NCBI GenBank assembly: GCA_963668645.2
Contig: CAXXWC010000021.1
Span: 192,001 to 256,000, forward strand
Origin: Desulfobacterales bacterium
GTDB lineage: Bacteria; Desulfobacterota; Desulfobacteria; Desulfobacterales; UBA2174
Reading direction: 5' to 3'
DNA length: 64,000 nucleotides
The notes under the pieces were generated by a model. It was not told where the DNA came from. It ran no database searches and was given only the letters and a program-made list of their open reading frames with translations. This document shows positions 1-9,142 of the stretch, in pieces. The stretch's first letter is position 1, and each line of letters begins with the position of its first letter. The translations under genes were made by a program, and so were the position numbers.

Positions 1-600
1 AGCTGGCGCGACCTGTGGCGGCCGGAATTCGCCGGCCGGGTGATGCTTTCCGAGGACCTGCGCGAGGTCTTCGGCATGGGACTGCGGCTGCTGGGCCATT
101 CGGGCAACAGCACCGACGCCGGCCAGATCGAGGCGGCCTACGAACAGTTGCGCACCCTGATGCCCAATGTGCGCCTCTTTGCCTCCGACGCCCAGAAGCA
201 GGCCTTTCTCAACCAGGAAGTGGTCATCGGCATGATCTGGAACGGCGAGGCCTACATGGCGGCCCAGGAAAACCCCGAGATCCGCTACATCTATCCCCAG
301 GAAGGCCCCATCATCTGGCTCGACAGCATGGTGATCCCCAAGAACGCCGGCAACCCGGATCAGGCCCACGCCTTTATCGATTTTATGCAGCGGCCCGAGA
401 TCGCCCGCATGATCAGCGAAGAAATCGGCTACGCCTCGCCCAACAAGGCCGCCGTGGCCCTGCTGGACGAGGCGGTACGCCAGGATGCGACCGTCTACCC
501 ACCGCCGGAAATTATGGCCAAGGGTGAATTTCAACTCGACGTAGGCGAGGCCATCATGGTCTACGAAAAATATTGGGAGAAACTCAAAAGCGGGCAGTAG
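1..600 (+). CDS. potD: Spermidine/putrescine ABC transporter substrate-binding protein (5'-truncated by the window)
   Basis: Frame is open from base 1 (SWRDLWRPEFAGRVML...). PotD-like motifs GMIWNGEA, YIYPQEGPIIWLDSMVIPKNA and C-terminal YEKYWEKLK. Confidence 0.85.
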   Translation, partial: SWRDLWRPEFAGRVMLSEDLREVFGMGLRLLGHSGNSTDAGQIEAAYEQLRTLMPNVRLFASDAQKQAFLNQEVVIGMIWNGEAYMAAQENPEIRYIYPQEGPIIWLDSMVIPKNAGNPDQAHAFIDFMQRPEIARMISEEIGYASPNKAAVALLDEAVRQDATVYPPPEIMAKGEFQLDVGEAIMVYEKYWEKLKSGQ

Positions 601-607
601 ATCCGTC

Positions 608-3064
608 TCAGTCGGAACCCGATAAGCCGAGCGAATGGGTGAATCCGAGGCTGTCGCCATCCTGCTCTTCCACCCGCCAGGCTTCCGGTGGGTCGGTCGC
701 GCCGCCCGGCGCGCCGGGGCCGAAGGGGCACATTACGGTTTGGATGGCATCGAACATCAACGGCAATAGCGCCTTTACCGTGACGCAGGCAGGTTTCTGG
801 GACAGGGCTTCGAGCATCCGTTCGCTTTCCTCCCAGGCCTGTTTGAGCGGCACCAGGGCGAAACAAAGATTCAAGAAGCGTTCCGTGTCCGGGTTGCGCC
901 GATCCGTGCAGTCGGCCATCATGCGCCGCAGACCGTCAAGATCGTCGTAAATCAGCATCTTGCGGCGGGCCGGTTCGATATTCGGATCCTGGCCGTCGAT
1001 GATGGCCTCGATTTGCCGGCTCAGGGCCGTCTGGCCTCTTTCGAGATGGACCTTCAATTCATCGCTCAAAGAATCCGGCAGGTCCACCAAAACCGATTCG
1101 AGTCGCACGGCGGTTTTTTCTAGGCGCCGGTCGAATTCGGTTTTGGCCGCCGCCCAGAATTTGCGGCTGAAATTGCGAAAGAGGTTCTCGGCCGCTTCGC
1201 CGCGGCATCCTTTTTGGCGTATGGCCAGAATCATGCGGGGAATCAACCGCCCCGTGCGGGTGAAAAGACGGCGCCCTGCGACGATCTCAAAAACGATGGC
1301 CAGCACGGCGTACCAATCCTGAAAATGCAAGATCCGCCATAAATCCGCGCCCACTGCCTGCAGCAGGGAATTGGGGAAAAAATGCGATGGGGTCGAATAG
1401 GGTGGAGTCCCGCCCATCTGGGGCTGGCTGCAGCGCTGCGGCGCGCCGGCCGGGCAGATCACGGCCGTTTCGACGTCGATAAGGCCGATATCGAACCGAT
1501 CGGGGCTGGAAAGAAAATGGGGGTATTGCTTCGGGTCCCCGGCCACGAAGAGGTTGTCGGGCTTGAGGTCCCGCATGGCCAGGCGCTGGTGGCCGAGCCA
1601 TGCCAGAAGGTCCAGCATATTGGTCACCAGCGCCGACATACGCGGTTTTGCCTGGCGAAAGGTCCGTTTTTGGGCCTCGGTCTCCACAAGGTGCCGGTAT
1701 TCTTTGCCCAATGATTTGTCCCGGCCCAGCGTATCTTGCAGCAGTCGATCGGCTGCCGCGGCCAAAGCGGCTGACCGGGTCTGGTCGGCGGGCAGGGGCA
1801 GACCGGCCAGGCGGGTGAGCATCCACTCCTTTTTCTGGGTCTCGGTGACGGCCGATCCGCTTTTCGGATAAACCGTCTGGCGGCGCAGTTCGTGATCAAA
1901 GGCGGTAAAAAGGGATTGAATCTGAAAACCGAGCGGCCCGTTGACCTCCCCGTATTTTTCTTCGAAACGCTGGGGGAAATCGACCAGCTCGACGTCCTCG
2001 GTGATCACCTCGTCCCAGCGTCCCGTGGCGTCGCCGAGCTGGGCCATGACATCGCTCAGGAACTGATAGCGGGATACATCCATGAAAAAGGCGAAGGCTC
2101 CGGCGATCTTGAGAAACCGCTGTCTCGATGTGTCGGTCTGGAGCCACTGATGATAGAGAGTTTCGAGCAGATCGACTTCGTCTTCCCGGGTGCCGATGGG
2201 ATGTACACGGGTCAAGAGCGCCGCCAGATTGGGAATGATACACGGGCGCTGGCCAAGCTGGCGCACCACCAGCGCTTCCTGCCGCAGGCGCTGGCGGTAA
2301 TCGGAAAAGTCGGATATGCGAACCGGCGGAATCTTGACCACCAGATGGGTGTCGTAGATGACGTAAAAACACTGGCTCTTGCTGCTGGCGCTCTCTCCCA
2401 GGGGGGTGATGGTCATGCGCCGCTCGCGCCATTCGTCACCCTGTAAAACCGCCAGGCGATACTGTCCGCCGCGTTTACCGAAGTTGGGCTGGATCAGCTC
2501 GACGAGCGTGCGTGCCTGCGGGTCCGCCCCGAGTTGGTAGCGGAAAATATCCAAAAAATGATTTTCCACATCCGAAAGTCCCGCCAGGCGCGGCCCCGGG
2601 CTGCTCCCCGGTGCCGGATCCGGCTTGGGACGGAGGGGGGTTCGCGGTCTTTGGGCAGCCTCCAGGCGCCATCGCTTTTGGGCGCGGAACAGGAAACGGA
2701 GTCCCCAAAGCGCCAGGAGCCCTAAAACGACGGTTAAAATGCCGTGGGCATAGGCCAGTTTCTGGCGCAGATCCATTTTCCACTGAAACCAGCCGCCGGT
2801 CAGGTAGGCCAAGCGCATGCGCAGTTGCTCCATATCGCAGGGCATCCCCTTGGTTCTGCCCTTCAACTGGCTGCGATCAAAGACCTGAAAACCATACTCG
2901 GTCTCGCAAAAAACCCGCTCTCCGATCAGCCAATAGCGATCCACCGCCATGATCCGGCCGTCTTCGAGTTGGATCAGCTGCTTATTCAGGGCCTCTTTGG
3001 AGAAATGTCCAAAAATGGCCACCGATGCGAGAACCAGTACGATGATGATGATCGCTTTGCGCAT
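608..3064 (-). CDS. Membrane-anchored Hanks-type Ser/Thr protein kinase-like protein with a large intradomain insertion
   Basis: Start placed at ATG 3064 (MRKAIIIIVLVLASVAIF) to avoid overlap with the upstream gene. Two hydrophobic segments; kinase motifs LVVKIP, MRDLKPDNLFV, IDVE (DFG position), GGTPPYSTPSH and QDWYAVLAIVFEIVAGRRLF. Confidence 0.75.
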   Translation of the reverse strand: MRKAIIIIVLVLASVAIFGHFSKEALNKQLIQLEDGRIMAVDRYWLIGERVFCETEYGFQVFDRSQLKGRTKGMPCDMEQLRMRLAYLTGGWFQWKMDLRQKLAYAHGILTVVLGLLALWGLRFLFRAQKRWRLEAAQRPRTPLRPKPDPAPGSSPGPRLAGLSDVENHFLDIFRYQLGADPQARTLVELIQPNFGKRGGQYRLAVLQGDEWRERRMTITPLGESASSKSQCFYVIYDTHLVVKIPPVRISDFSDYRQRLRQEALVVRQLGQRPCIIPNLAALLTRVHPIGTREDEVDLLETLYHQWLQTDTSRQRFLKIAGAFAFFMDVSRYQFLSDVMAQLGDATGRWDEVITEDVELVDFPQRFEEKYGEVNGPLGFQIQSLFTAFDHELRRQTVYPKSGSAVTETQKKEWMLTRLAGLPLPADQTRSAALAAAADRLLQDTLGRDKSLGKEYRHLVETEAQKRTFRQAKPRMSALVTNMLDLLAWLGHQRLAMRDLKPDNLFVAGDPKQYPHFLSSPDRFDIGLIDVETAVICPAGAPQRCSQPQMGGTPPYSTPSHFFPNSLLQAVGADLWRILHFQDWYAVLAIVFEIVAGRRLFTRTGRLIPRMILAIRQKGCRGEAAENLFRNFSRKFWAAAKTEFDRRLEKTAVRLESVLVDLPDSLSDELKVHLERGQTALSRQIEAIIDGQDPNIEPARRKMLIYDDLDGLRRMMADCTDRRNPDTERFLNLCFALVPLKQAWEESERMLEALSQKPACVTVKALLPLMFDAIQTVMCPFGPGAPGGATDPPEAWRVEEQDGDSLGFTHSLGLSGSD

Positions 3065-3083
3065 GTTTCGAAATTCACGGGAT

Positions 3084-3998
3084 TCAATGGTCGGCAACTT
3101 CCTGCGCCGCCTGCCGCACCGTATCGTAATCGCTGTCCGAAGCGGACAGGACGCGGACAAACCGGGCTGCCGCGAGGATCCGGCGGTGGCCGGCAGATTG
3201 TTCATCCAAACGCAGCAGGGCTTTTTTCACCGCGCCGACGATTCGCGGATCCAACCCACGCCGGGCGGAAAAAACCCAGCCCGGATACCATGGGGTTTGC
3301 GCAAGAACACGGATGGCGCGCCGATCGATCTTGTCGGCCACTACCTTCAGGGTTCCCTGGCGGATCGTGCCGAGATCGTACTTTCCGGCATAAACCGCCA
3401 GCACCACCTTTTCTTGCTGGCCGCCGGGCCCCGGTGCGAACGCGATCTCGGCAAAATCCTGCCGCGTGAGCCCGTGGCGGTGAAACAGTGCCAGGGGAAA
3501 GAGGAATCCGCCCCCCGAAACCGGGTCGACAGCGATCCAGCGCTTGCCCCGGCAATCTTCCAAGGTCTGGATCTGCCGGTTGTCCGAGCGGCAGATGATC
3601 TGCCCCCGGTAGCTTTCACCACCTTCCTTTTCCACGATGCGGGCAAAGGCCGAGGAACCGTATCGGTCCGCCATCTGCACGTAGACGTAAGGATTGGTAA
3701 AAGACAGGTCGATTTCCCCTTGGCCGGCCATCTTCAGGTGGGCGTCGAAGGTGTCCGGGAAAACCTGGCGGATCTTCAGCCCGGTCGTTTCTGCCAGGTA
3801 GGCGATCAGGCGCCGATGCTTCTGGTAGGATACGGCATGCGCGTATTGGGGCAGATAAGCGTAGGTGATGCTTGCGGCATCCATCTGCATCCGCGGCGTT
3901 TCACGTACGCTCAAGTCGACCTTGAAGGCCGGTTCTCCCCCGTCACAGGCGCACAACAGGACAATCGCGATCCCCACCCAAAACGCCCAAGGTTTCAC
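3084..3998 (-). CDS. PhnD/phosphate-phosphite-phosphonate-type substrate-binding lipoprotein, with no permease genes adjacent
   Basis: GTG start with GGAGG upstream; lipobox-like LLCAC; motifs FTNPYVYV, YRGQIICR, DPVSGGGFLFP and TPWYPGWVF. Confidence 0.8.
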   Translation of the reverse strand: MKPWAFWVGIAIVLLCACDGGEPAFKVDLSVRETPRMQMDAASITYAYLPQYAHAVSYQKHRRLIAYLAETTGLKIRQVFPDTFDAHLKMAGQGEIDLSFTNPYVYVQMADRYGSSAFARIVEKEGGESYRGQIICRSDNRQIQTLEDCRGKRWIAVDPVSGGGFLFPLALFHRHGLTRQDFAEIAFAPGPGGQQEKVVLAVYAGKYDLGTIRQGTLKVVADKIDRRAIRVLAQTPWYPGWVFSARRGLDPRIVGAVKKALLRLDEQSAGHRRILAAARFVRVLSASDSDYDTVRQAAQEVADH

Positions 3999-4148
3999 GG
4001 CGCCTCCGCATCCATTTAGCCGATTCGCCTTCCCGGCGTTCTATCCTGTTACACGCCCTGGGAGGCGAACGCAAGACGGAAGCGGTTGACCGGACGATAA
4101 AATTGACCTAGGCTGGGGCCGCCGACTTTTAAGAAATGGGGTCCTGCC

Positions 4149-6140
4149 ATGGCTTTCAGTTTCAGAACCCGGGTCTTTGCCAGCATGCTCTCAGTGGTCC
4201 TTTTGGCTGGAGGCCTGATCGCCCTGGCCGTGAACCGCACCGTGACCCACGCCATGGACGAAGAATACAAAAAGCGCGGCCAGGCCCTGGTCATGAGCCT
4301 GGCAGCCCGCTGCCCGGACCCGCTGCTGGCCGTCGACTTTCTGCGGCTCAAGAACATGGCTGACGAGACCGTCGGCAGCAGCGCTGGAATCGCCTACGCC
4401 TTTATCCTCGATACCCACAACGAAGTACTGGTGCACACCTTCGAAGGCGGATTTCCCACCGCCCTGAAAGCCGCCAATTCCGTCGCCAACGATCAACGCT
4501 GTGCGATCCGGCTGCTCGACACCGGTGTGGATCGCATCGATGATTTCGCCGCCCCGGTACTGGCCGACGCTAACCGCATCGGCACGGTCCGCCTTGGATT
4601 GTCACGGGCCCCGGTGGCGCAGACCATACGCCGGGTCCTGTGGGACGCCTTTTCCCAACTTGCACTGGCGCTTTTCGTGGCCGCCATTGTCGGCTTCAGC
4701 CTGTCGAACAGCGTCACACGGCGTATTTCCCATCTGCGCAAGGCCTTGAGCCGCGTCAGGGCCGGGGACCTGAACATCCGTGTCGCACCACCCATCGAAA
4801 AGGCCTGTTGGCAGGCTAAAGACTGCCGGCAGCCCGAATGCCCCATGCACGGCGACCTGCGCCGCCGCTGCTGGGCCGCGCGCGCCTGGGGAGAAGGCGA
4901 CGACAGCCTCGAAGGCGTTTATCCGGCGGCCTGCCAATCCTGCCCTGTCTATCGACGCCAGGCCGGAGATGAAATCCAGCACTTGGCCGAATCCTTCGAT
5001 GTCATGCTCCATTCGCTCCAGGGGTCGGTGTGCCAACTGGCCGAGTCCAGGCAGGTGCTGGAAGCCTCGGAGCGCAAGTATCGCCGCATTTTTGAAAATT
5101 CCATGGACATGATCTTCATCGCCGATCAAAACCGGATTTTGCGCGATGTCAATCCTGCGGGACGGACCCTGCTCGGGCTGCCTCTGGATAAGGGGCTGGC
5201 CGATGAACTGTGCATCGAGAGTTTCTTCGCCGAACCCGGGACTTTCGACGACCTGATGGAACAATTGCAGCGGGAAGGATTTGTCAAAGATTGCGAAACC
5301 GTCTGGCGCACGGCGGACAAGGGGCCGATAGAGGTTCTGTTCAGCTGTTCGTTGCAGCGCGATGCCGACGGGGCACTGAAAGCCTACGAAGGCATCGTTA
5401 AAGACATCAGCCTGCGCAAGGCCATCGAAAAGCAGTTACTCCGGGCCGATCGGCTCGCCTCGCTGGGCCAGCTTTCGGCCGGGGTGGCCCACGAAATCAA
5501 CAACCCCCTGGGGTTGATCCTGGGCTATACCCAGCTGCTGCTTCGCGATGGCACCGGCAGCAACCAGCAGCGTGCGGACCTGGAAACGATCAAGGAAGAA
5601 ACCCTCAAGTGCAAGACCATCGTCCAGGCCCTGCTCAATTTCGCCCGCAAAACCGAAACACGCCGGGCACTGGTCTGCCTGGCCGATCTGATCGAGGAAG
5701 TGGCGGCCATCGTCCGGCACGATTTCGAAATGGCACACGTCAACCTGGAGATCGACACCTCTAATCCGGTGCCGGAAGCGTTCGCGGACGCGGAACAAAT
5801 GCGCCAGGTCATCGTCAATCTGCTGATCAACGCCCGCCAGGCGGTGGAAAGCAACGGCCGGGTACGGGTGGCCACCGTCCATTGGCCGGATCGCGGCGCG
5901 GTGGGATTCGTTGTCGAGGACGACGGCGCCGGCATCGCCGCCGAACACCTCGAACGGATTTTCGATCCGTTTTTCACCACCAAGCCGGTGGGCCAGGGAA
6001 CCGGGCTCGGGCTGTCGGTAAGCTACGGCATCATCCAGGAGCATGGCGGATCTATCCATGTGACCAGCACTGGGGGCCGCCGGACGACCTTTACCGTCGA
6101 ACTACCCGAAATGGTGCCCAACCGGCCCGAAGGAGATTGA
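4149..6140 (+). CDS. Sensor histidine kinase (TM-periplasmic-TM, HAMP with a Cys-rich insert, PAS, HisKA, HATPase)
   Basis: H-box GVAHEINNPL, N-box QVIVNLLINARQA, G1 DDGAGI, F-box IFDPFFTTK, G2 GTGLGLSVS; PAS start RRIFENSMDMIF. Confidence 0.92.
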   Translation: MAFSFRTRVFASMLSVVLLAGGLIALAVNRTVTHAMDEEYKKRGQALVMSLAARCPDPLLAVDFLRLKNMADETVGSSAGIAYAFILDTHNEVLVHTFEGGFPTALKAANSVANDQRCAIRLLDTGVDRIDDFAAPVLADANRIGTVRLGLSRAPVAQTIRRVLWDAFSQLALALFVAAIVGFSLSNSVTRRISHLRKALSRVRAGDLNIRVAPPIEKACWQAKDCRQPECPMHGDLRRRCWAARAWGEGDDSLEGVYPAACQSCPVYRRQAGDEIQHLAESFDVMLHSLQGSVCQLAESRQVLEASERKYRRIFENSMDMIFIADQNRILRDVNPAGRTLLGLPLDKGLADELCIESFFAEPGTFDDLMEQLQREGFVKDCETVWRTADKGPIEVLFSCSLQRDADGALKAYEGIVKDISLRKAIEKQLLRADRLASLGQLSAGVAHEINNPLGLILGYTQLLLRDGTGSNQQRADLETIKEETLKCKTIVQALLNFARKTETRRALVCLADLIEEVAAIVRHDFEMAHVNLEIDTSNPVPEAFADAEQMRQVIVNLLINARQAVESNGRVRVATVHWPDRGAVGFVVEDDGAGIAAEHLERIFDPFFTTKPVGQGTGLGLSVSYGIIQEHGGSIHVTSTGGRRTTFTVELPEMVPNRPEGD

Positions 6141-6145
6141 ACCCA

Positions 6146-7537
6146 ATGGCCACACGCATCCTGATCGTCGATGACGAAGCCAAAATGCTCTCCATGCTCG
6201 AAAGAACCATCCGCGGCGAAATGCAGGAGGTGGAAATCGTCACCGCCAGTGATGGCGCCGCGGCCCTGGAGATGGCCGGGCACCAGCCCTTCGACCTGGC
6301 CCTGATCGACATGCGCATGCCCGGCATGGACGGCCTGGCGCTTCTCGACCGGCTCAAGCAGTGTGATCCCTGGCTCGGCGTGGTCATGATGACCGCCTAT
6401 GGCAGCGTGGACATTGCGGTAAGCGCCATCAAGAAAGGGGCCTACGATTTCATCACCAAGCCGTTCGACGCCGACACCCTCTTGCTGCGGCTGCAAAAGG
6501 CTGTCGAGCACGGCCGGCTGCTGCGTGAAAACCACAACCTGCGCGAGCGGATTTCGGACACCGAGCGGTTTCAGAACCTCATCGGAACCAGCACCCGGAT
6601 GCAAAAGATCTACGAAACGATACAGATGATCGCCCGCACCGATGTGACGGTTCTGATCGGCGGCGAGTCCGGCACCGGCAAGAATCTGGCGGCCCTGGCG
6701 ATCCACGCCATGAGTGCGCGCGGCCGCAAGCCCTTCATCCGGGTCAACTGCCCGGCGATACCCGAACAGATCCTGGAAAGCGAGCTGTTCGGGTATCGCA
6801 AGGGCGCATTCACCCATGCCACCGGAGACAAGGAGGGCATGTTCCAGGCCGCCGACGGCGGCACGATCTATCTTGATGAGATCGGCGACATCTCGCTGCC
6901 GGTGCAGACCAAGCTGCTTCTGGCCATCGAGGACAAGGAGATCAAGCCGCTGGGAGATCCCCGCAGCCGGGTAGTGGACGTGCGCGTGATCGCTTCGACC
7001 AACTGCGACCTCAAGGCAAAGGTGACCGCGCGCCAGTTCCGCGAAGATCTCTACTACCGGCTCAACGTAGTCAACCTGCGCATGCCGGCCCTGCGCGAAC
7101 GGATCGAGGATCTGCCCCTGCTTATCGAGCATTTTCTCGCCGAATGCTGCCGCGCCTACCAGCGGCCGAAAAAAAGCATCAGCCCGGAGTTGATGCAGCG
7201 CTTTTTGGATCATCGCTGGGAGGGAAACGTCCGCGAGCTGGAAAACGTGATCAAGCGCGCCGTGGTCCTTTCCGCCGGGGACACGGTTTATCCCCAGGAC
7301 ATCGGCTGGGGGACTTCGCCGTCCGCCCCGGCCATGAGCGCCGAATCGCCGGACCCGGCACCCTATCATGAGGCTAAAAATTCAACCCTCACGGCCTTCA
7401 ACCGCGATTATGTCTCGCGCGCCCTGCGGGCCAGCGGCGGCAACGTCACCCAGGCGGCCCAGAAAGCCGGCCTTGAGCGCCAGAGCCTGCAACAGATCAT
7501 GAAACGTTGCGGCATCCGTTCGGAAGATTTTCGCTGA
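6146..7537 (+). CDS. NtrC-family sigma54-dependent response regulator (REC-AAA+-Fis HTH)
   Basis: ILIVDDE, DMRMPGMDG, Walker A GESGTGK, ESELFGY-RK-GAFTHA, LDEIGD, FREDLYYRLNV, GNVRELEN, and HTH GNVTQAA. Confidence 0.95.
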   Translation: MATRILIVDDEAKMLSMLERTIRGEMQEVEIVTASDGAAALEMAGHQPFDLALIDMRMPGMDGLALLDRLKQCDPWLGVVMMTAYGSVDIAVSAIKKGAYDFITKPFDADTLLLRLQKAVEHGRLLRENHNLRERISDTERFQNLIGTSTRMQKIYETIQMIARTDVTVLIGGESGTGKNLAALAIHAMSARGRKPFIRVNCPAIPEQILESELFGYRKGAFTHATGDKEGMFQAADGGTIYLDEIGDISLPVQTKLLLAIEDKEIKPLGDPRSRVVDVRVIASTNCDLKAKVTARQFREDLYYRLNVVNLRMPALRERIEDLPLLIEHFLAECCRAYQRPKKSISPELMQRFLDHRWEGNVRELENVIKRAVVLSAGDTVYPQDIGWGTSPSAPAMSAESPDPAPYHEAKNSTLTAFNRDYVSRALRASGGNVTQAAQKAGLERQSLQQIMKRCGIRSEDFR

Positions 7538-7594
7538 ACCCCGGCGCCGTATCCCCCTGGATCCGCGCCCCGACGGTTTCCCACCCCATCCCAT

Positions 7595-7620
7595 CCCGCC
7601 TTGCACATATGCAAGGCGGG
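7595..7620. promoter_or_regulatory. Perfect inverted repeat; candidate enhancer (UAS) or terminator hairpin
   Basis: CCCGCCTTGC-ACATAT-GCAAGGCGGG, about 200 bp upstream of the sigma54 promoter. No U-tract follows. Confidence 0.4.
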
Positions 7621-7825
7621 CATTGCAGCCTCATTCCGGCCCGGCAACAGGAACATCCTGCCGTTATCGTTAAACATATTCAGTAATCCGAACACCGGTG
7701 GTGCAATCGGGCGTTGGCACCCGGTGATCATCCGCAAAGTCTTGCCAGGGTGCATGAGGTGCCTGTCGTACCGGAAAAATGTTTAAAATCAGGCAGTAAC
7801 CTTTTTACCGAGATCAACGTGAAGA

Positions 7826-7842
7826 TTGGCCGCCATGTTGCA
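7826..7842 (+). promoter_or_regulatory. sigma54 (-24/-12) promoter of the TauE gene
   Basis: TTGGCCGCCATGTTGCA has exact GG-N10-GC spacing, lies 65 bp upstream of ATG 7908, and sits directly downstream of a sigma54 activator gene. Confidence 0.75.
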
Positions 7843-7907
7843 AAAGCATTCGGATAAAAGCGCAGCGGGAACTTTACGCCAATCCGAACTTTATTAAGGA
7901 GGCTTTC

Positions 7908-8954
7908 ATGGAACAGGCCAAAAAAAGAATGGGGTGGGAAATCGCCGATGAGATCGAGGCGGCCAAGCCGACGATCATGGAGCGGCTCAAGCCGGAAAAA
8001 AGCGAAATCATCGCAGCCCTGTGGGGCTGTGCCGCCTTCGCCGTGGTCTTTATCATCGGCTGCTGGCTGGCGAGCAATCCCTTCGAGGGCTTCGCCCGGC
8101 TCCCCTCGGAAGTCGTCAAGGCCAAAGGCTGGGTGGGCACCAACGAGTGGACGATCTTCTGGTGGGTGGTGGTGCTGGCCATCGTCCTCGAGTTCCTCGA
8201 CGCCTCGGCCGGTATGGGATACGGCGCCGCCATGACCCCGCTGCTGCTCGTGCTCGGCTTCGACCCGAAACAGGTGGTCCCCGCGGTCATGATCCAGCAG
8301 GCCACCGCCGGGATCGTGGGCGCCTTTTTGCACCGGGAGTTCGGCAACGTGGAATGGAGCTGGAAGCCGATGACCGAACCGGTCAAGCTGGCCCTGATCA
8401 TCATCGGCACCGGGTGCATCACCGTGGGTCTTTCGGTGACCGCCGTTTACGCGGTCTTCAAGGTTCACAAGGTCTGGATCAAGCTCTACGTGGTTTTCCT
8501 GCTGCTGATGATGGGCGGGGCCATCCTGGTCAAGGGGGGCAAGGATCGACCTTACAAGCCGTGGAAAATGCTCTTTTTCGCCGCCCTGGGGGCCTTTAAC
8601 AAGGGGGTCGGCGGCGGCGGCTACGGGCCGGTGGTCACCGTCGGCGGGCTCTTGTCGGGGGTCCCGATAAAGAGCATGCTGGCTGTCACGGCCCTTAGCG
8701 AAGGTTCCGTCTGCGTCTTTTCCATCATCGTGTGGGTCGCCCTGGCCGTCTCGACCTCCATGACCATCGATTACCTGATCCTGCCATCGATGCTCCTGGG
8801 CAGCATGGTGGCCGCCGTGGCGGCCCCGTATGCGGTGAAAGTCTTTCCGGCCAAACTTTGGAAATGGGTGGTACCGATCTACTGCATCTTTCTGGGCGCC
8901 TTCAGCTTCTACAAGATCGGCCCGTCTCTGATGAAAAAACTCGGCGGCGGTTGA
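7908..8954 (+). CDS. Sulfite exporter TauE/SafE (TSUP) family membrane protein
   Basis: Strong RBS TAAGGAGG; polytopic hydrophobic protein with repeated motifs DASAGMGYGAAMTPLL and NKGVGGGGYGPVV. Confidence 0.85.
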   Translation: MEQAKKRMGWEIADEIEAAKPTIMERLKPEKSEIIAALWGCAAFAVVFIIGCWLASNPFEGFARLPSEVVKAKGWVGTNEWTIFWWVVVLAIVLEFLDASAGMGYGAAMTPLLLVLGFDPKQVVPAVMIQQATAGIVGAFLHREFGNVEWSWKPMTEPVKLALIIIGTGCITVGLSVTAVYAVFKVHKVWIKLYVVFLLLMMGGAILVKGGKDRPYKPWKMLFFAALGAFNKGVGGGGYGPVVTVGGLLSGVPIKSMLAVTALSEGSVCVFSIIVWVALAVSTSMTIDYLILPSMLLGSMVAAVAAPYAVKVFPAKLWKWVVPIYCIFLGAFSFYKIGPSLMKKLGGG

Positions 8955-8972
8955 TCCCGCAACGGCGCTTTG

Positions 8973-9040
8973 GCCGGCCGAACGGCATTCGACGTCCCCC
9001 TCCGCCTCGACGTCTCCCGCCGTTCGGCCGGCATCTTTTC
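8973..9040 (+). terminator. Long hairpin after the TauE gene; probable terminator
   Basis: GCCGGCCGAACGGC (8973-8986) pairs with GCCGTTCGGCCGGC (9019-9032), followed by ATCTTTTC; lies between convergent genes. Confidence 0.55.
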
Positions 9041-9142
9041 AGGGGCAAGGATCGAAACACGCTGGCAAGCGTGCACCGGATTGCCCTGAACCTTTTCACG
9101 CCGGATGGACCGTACCGGCACAAAAATCAACCCACTAAAGTC

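Noticed and set aside
3065..3205. N-terminal extension of the kinase ORF in the track
   Set aside because: It overlaps the PhnD-like gene; ATG 3064 gives a clean signal-anchor start.
6800..6825. GAFTHA instead of GAFTGA as a sign of a sigma54-independent regulator
   Set aside because: The critical Phe-Thr is intact and a matching -24/-12 promoter lies downstream.
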